Translations under genes and position numbers: made by a program
Shown here: positions 61,952 through 64,000 of the stretch, piece after piece
Numbering within the stretch: the stretch's first letter is position 1
Layout: each line of letters opens with the position of its first letter
Notes under the pieces: model-generated
The model's input: the letters and a program-made list of their open reading frames with translations, nothing else
The model's database searches: none
Told to the model about the DNA's origin: nothing
Assembly: GCA_963575745.1 (NCBI GenBank)
Contig: CAUYUJ010000114.1
Location: 1,364,001 to 1,428,000, forward strand
Direction of reading: 5' to 3'
DNA: 64,000 nucleotides
DNA from: Prorocentrum cordatum
Lineage: Eukaryota

Positions 61952-62892
61952 CCTCCTCCTCCTCCTCCTCCTCCTCCTCCTCCTCCTCCTCCTCCTCCTC
62001 CTCCTCCTCCTCCTTCTCCTCCGCCTCCTCCTCCTCCTCCTCCTCCTCCTCCTCCTCCTCCTCCTCCTCCTCCTCCTCGCTCCCCCCCTCGCCTCCTCCT
62101 CCCTCCTCCGCCTCCTCCTCCTCCTCCGCCCTCTCCCCTCCTCTCCTCCGCTCCTCCTTCCTCCTCCTCCTTCTTCTCCACCTCCTCCTCCTCCTCCTCC
62201 TCCTCCTCCTCCTCCTCCTCCTCCTCCTCCTCCTCCTCCTCCCGTCCTCCTCCTCCTCCTCCTCCTCCTCCTCCTCTCCTCCTCCTCCTCCTCCCCTATC
62301 CTCCTCCTCCTCCTCCTCCTCCTCCTCCTCCTCCTCCTCCTCCTCCTCCTCCTCCATCCTCCTCCTCCTCCTCCTCCTCCTCCTCCTCCTCCTCCTCCTC
62401 CTCCTCCTCCTCCTCCTCCTCCTCCTCCTCCTCCTCCTCCTCCTCCTCCTCCTCCTCCCCTCCCCTCTCCTCCTCCTCCTCCTCCTCCTCCTCCTCCTCC
62501 TCTCCTCCTCCTCCTCCTCCTCCTCCTCCTCCTCCTCTCCTCCTCCTCCTCCTCCTCCTCCTCCCTCCTCCTCCTCCTCCTCCTCCTCCTCCTCCTCCTC
62601 CTCCTCCCCTCCCTCCTCCTCCTCCTCCTCCTCCTCCTCCTCCTCCTCCTCCTGCCTCCCCTCCTCCTCCTCCTCCTCCTCCTCCTCTCCCTCCTCCCTC
62701 CTCCTCCTCCTCCTCCCCTCCTCCTCCTCCTCCTCTCCTCCTCCTCCTCCTCCTCCTCCTCCTCCTCCTCCTCCTCCTCCTCCTCATCCTCCGCCTCCTC
62801 CTCCTCCTCCTCCTCCTCCTCCTCTCCTCCTCCTCCGCCCTCCTCCTCCTCCTCCTCCTCCTCCTCCTCCTCCTGCTCCTCCTCCCTCCTCC
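61952..62892. repeat. ~940-bp (CCT)n polypyrimidine tract, the longest of many (CCT/GAG)n runs
   Basis: Direct reading. Confidence 0.97.
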
Positions 62893-63052
62893 GCGCGGCC
62901 GTCTTCGCGCCGTCGCGCCGCCTCCTCGGAGAGGGGCAGCCGCGCTGGCCACGGCTGCGACTCGCGCGCCGGGCGCCGCGAGGCCTGCGCGCCCCGGCGG
63001 GCGCGCCGGGCTCTCTCTTTCGGCGGGGGCGCGGCGCGAGCCCCGTCGGAGC

Positions 63053-63088
63053 GTTCATCTGCGTGAAGTCGCGCACGGTCGTGCCTCA
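63053..63088 (-). CDS. GPX: Glutathione peroxidase active-site micro-exon, (U)GTTVRDFTQMN
   Basis: TGA GGC ACG ACC GTG CGC GAC TTC ACG CAG ATG AAC|GC matches the GPx1 motif UGTTVRDYTQMN. The acceptor may be TGAG|GC, which would start the exon at 63084. Upstream exons were not found in the window. Confidence 0.88.
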
Positions 63089-63806
63089 TCGGCGACACGC
63101 GAGAGTGACCCTGGGCAAGAGTGAACTTCAGTGCGGGACGGGAAAAGGACCAGAGCCACTGCTTCTTGTTTGCGCCGCCGTCCAGCCGGCCGAGGAAGAA
63201 GCAGTGGTTGTGGTCATTTCCCTGGTGCCAAGCTGAACGAAAATGACCACAAATACTGCTTTGTTTCTGCTGGCTGTATTTAGTGCGCGGACAGAGGTGG
63301 CGCAAGGTGGCCAAATCCAAGGGCGCAAGCAGCCACTGTCGCATCGCGCTCAGCGGTCGGGGGGTCCCCGGCGAGCCCGCACCAAAGGTCACTCCGGCGA
63401 AGGGTCCCTCTTACGTGTAGTCGACCTCAGAGCGCCGCCACGTTCTGGATCAGGGTGACCTTGCCCAGGAACTGGGAGAACTTGAGCGGCTCCCCCTGCG
63501 GCTCCCCCTCTCGGGAGGGAGCCGGGGATCTGCCGACCCGGGTCCGTGCAGACCCGGGTCGGTCAGGATCCTGCAGCATCCTGCAGGATCCTGCGACCCC
63601 AAGCCCGGATCAGTGCGACCCTGGCCCAGGAGGAGGAGGAGGAGGAGGAGGAGGAGGAGGAGGAGGAAGGATCCTGCAAGGTCTGGCGCTCTCTGACTGG
63701 CCCCCGCCTGCACCAACCCCGGCCTCTGGAGCCCCGAGGGGGCCCGGCCGAGACGGCGGCAGCCCTCCCTGGCACTTCTTTTGGTCGCCCTCTCTTACGC
63801 AGAAAA

Positions 63807-63952
63807 CATCTGTACACCACCACCGTGCCAGGCCAGGGCCATCCTGGGTCCTGGGATGGTGTATACGCCCCTCCTGGCCGAGCCAGGAGGGTCTATACAC
63901 CATCCTGGGGCCCAGGATGGCCCTGGCCGGGCACGGTGGTGGTGTATAGATG
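63807..63952. repeat. 146-bp near-perfect palindrome (foldback element)
   Basis: catctgtacaccaccaccgtgcc..gggccatcctggg..gatggtgtata..cctcctggc is mirrored by gccaggaggg..tatacaccatc..cccaggatggccc..ggcacggtggtggtgtatagatg. Confidence 0.9.
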
Positions 63953-64000
63953 CCTTCGTCGGATCTCTGGGCCTCGTCTGGAGGCTCCTCGTCGCCGCGG

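Noticed and set aside
61751..63236. Long poly-E/G/R/P/L/S ORFs here and at the other (GAG)n, (GAT)n, (TATG)n and (GA)n tracts
   Set aside because: They are open only because the microsatellites lack stop codons and have no domain content.

Overview
GC-rich, repeat-dense eukaryotic DNA from a dinoflagellate. A perfect dinoflagellate spliced leader (SL), a dinoflagellate-type U6 and GC/GA splice donors support this; it resembles Prorocentrum, which is an inference. Most ORFs in the track are microsatellite or antisense artefacts. Supported content: (1) an intronless 1108-aa mucin-like PT-repeat/GDPH gene (8578-11904, -) with a decayed SL relic 89 nt upstream, i.e. a retrogene; (2) a U6 snRNA retrocopy between ~22-bp target-site duplications; (3) the 3' exons of a minus-strand gene resembling TET/JBP-associated (GREB1/JGT-like) glycosyltransferases, cut by a 100-N gap; (4) three exons of a GPx1-like glutathione peroxidase spread over 19.4 kb, with TGA at the selenocysteine position; (5) one APE-RT-RNase H LINE and one internally deleted RT-RNase H LINE inside the GPx introns. 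Both LINEs begin with an SL (one perfect, one decayed), sit inside trinucleotide microsatellites and show AT-to-GC-biased decay; (6) many MITE families, satellites and microsatellites. The most interesting signals are the SL-capped, microsatellite-embedded LINEs, the directional AT-to-GC decay, the candidate base-J-type glycosyltransferase, and introns bounded by a direct repeat or a MITE end.
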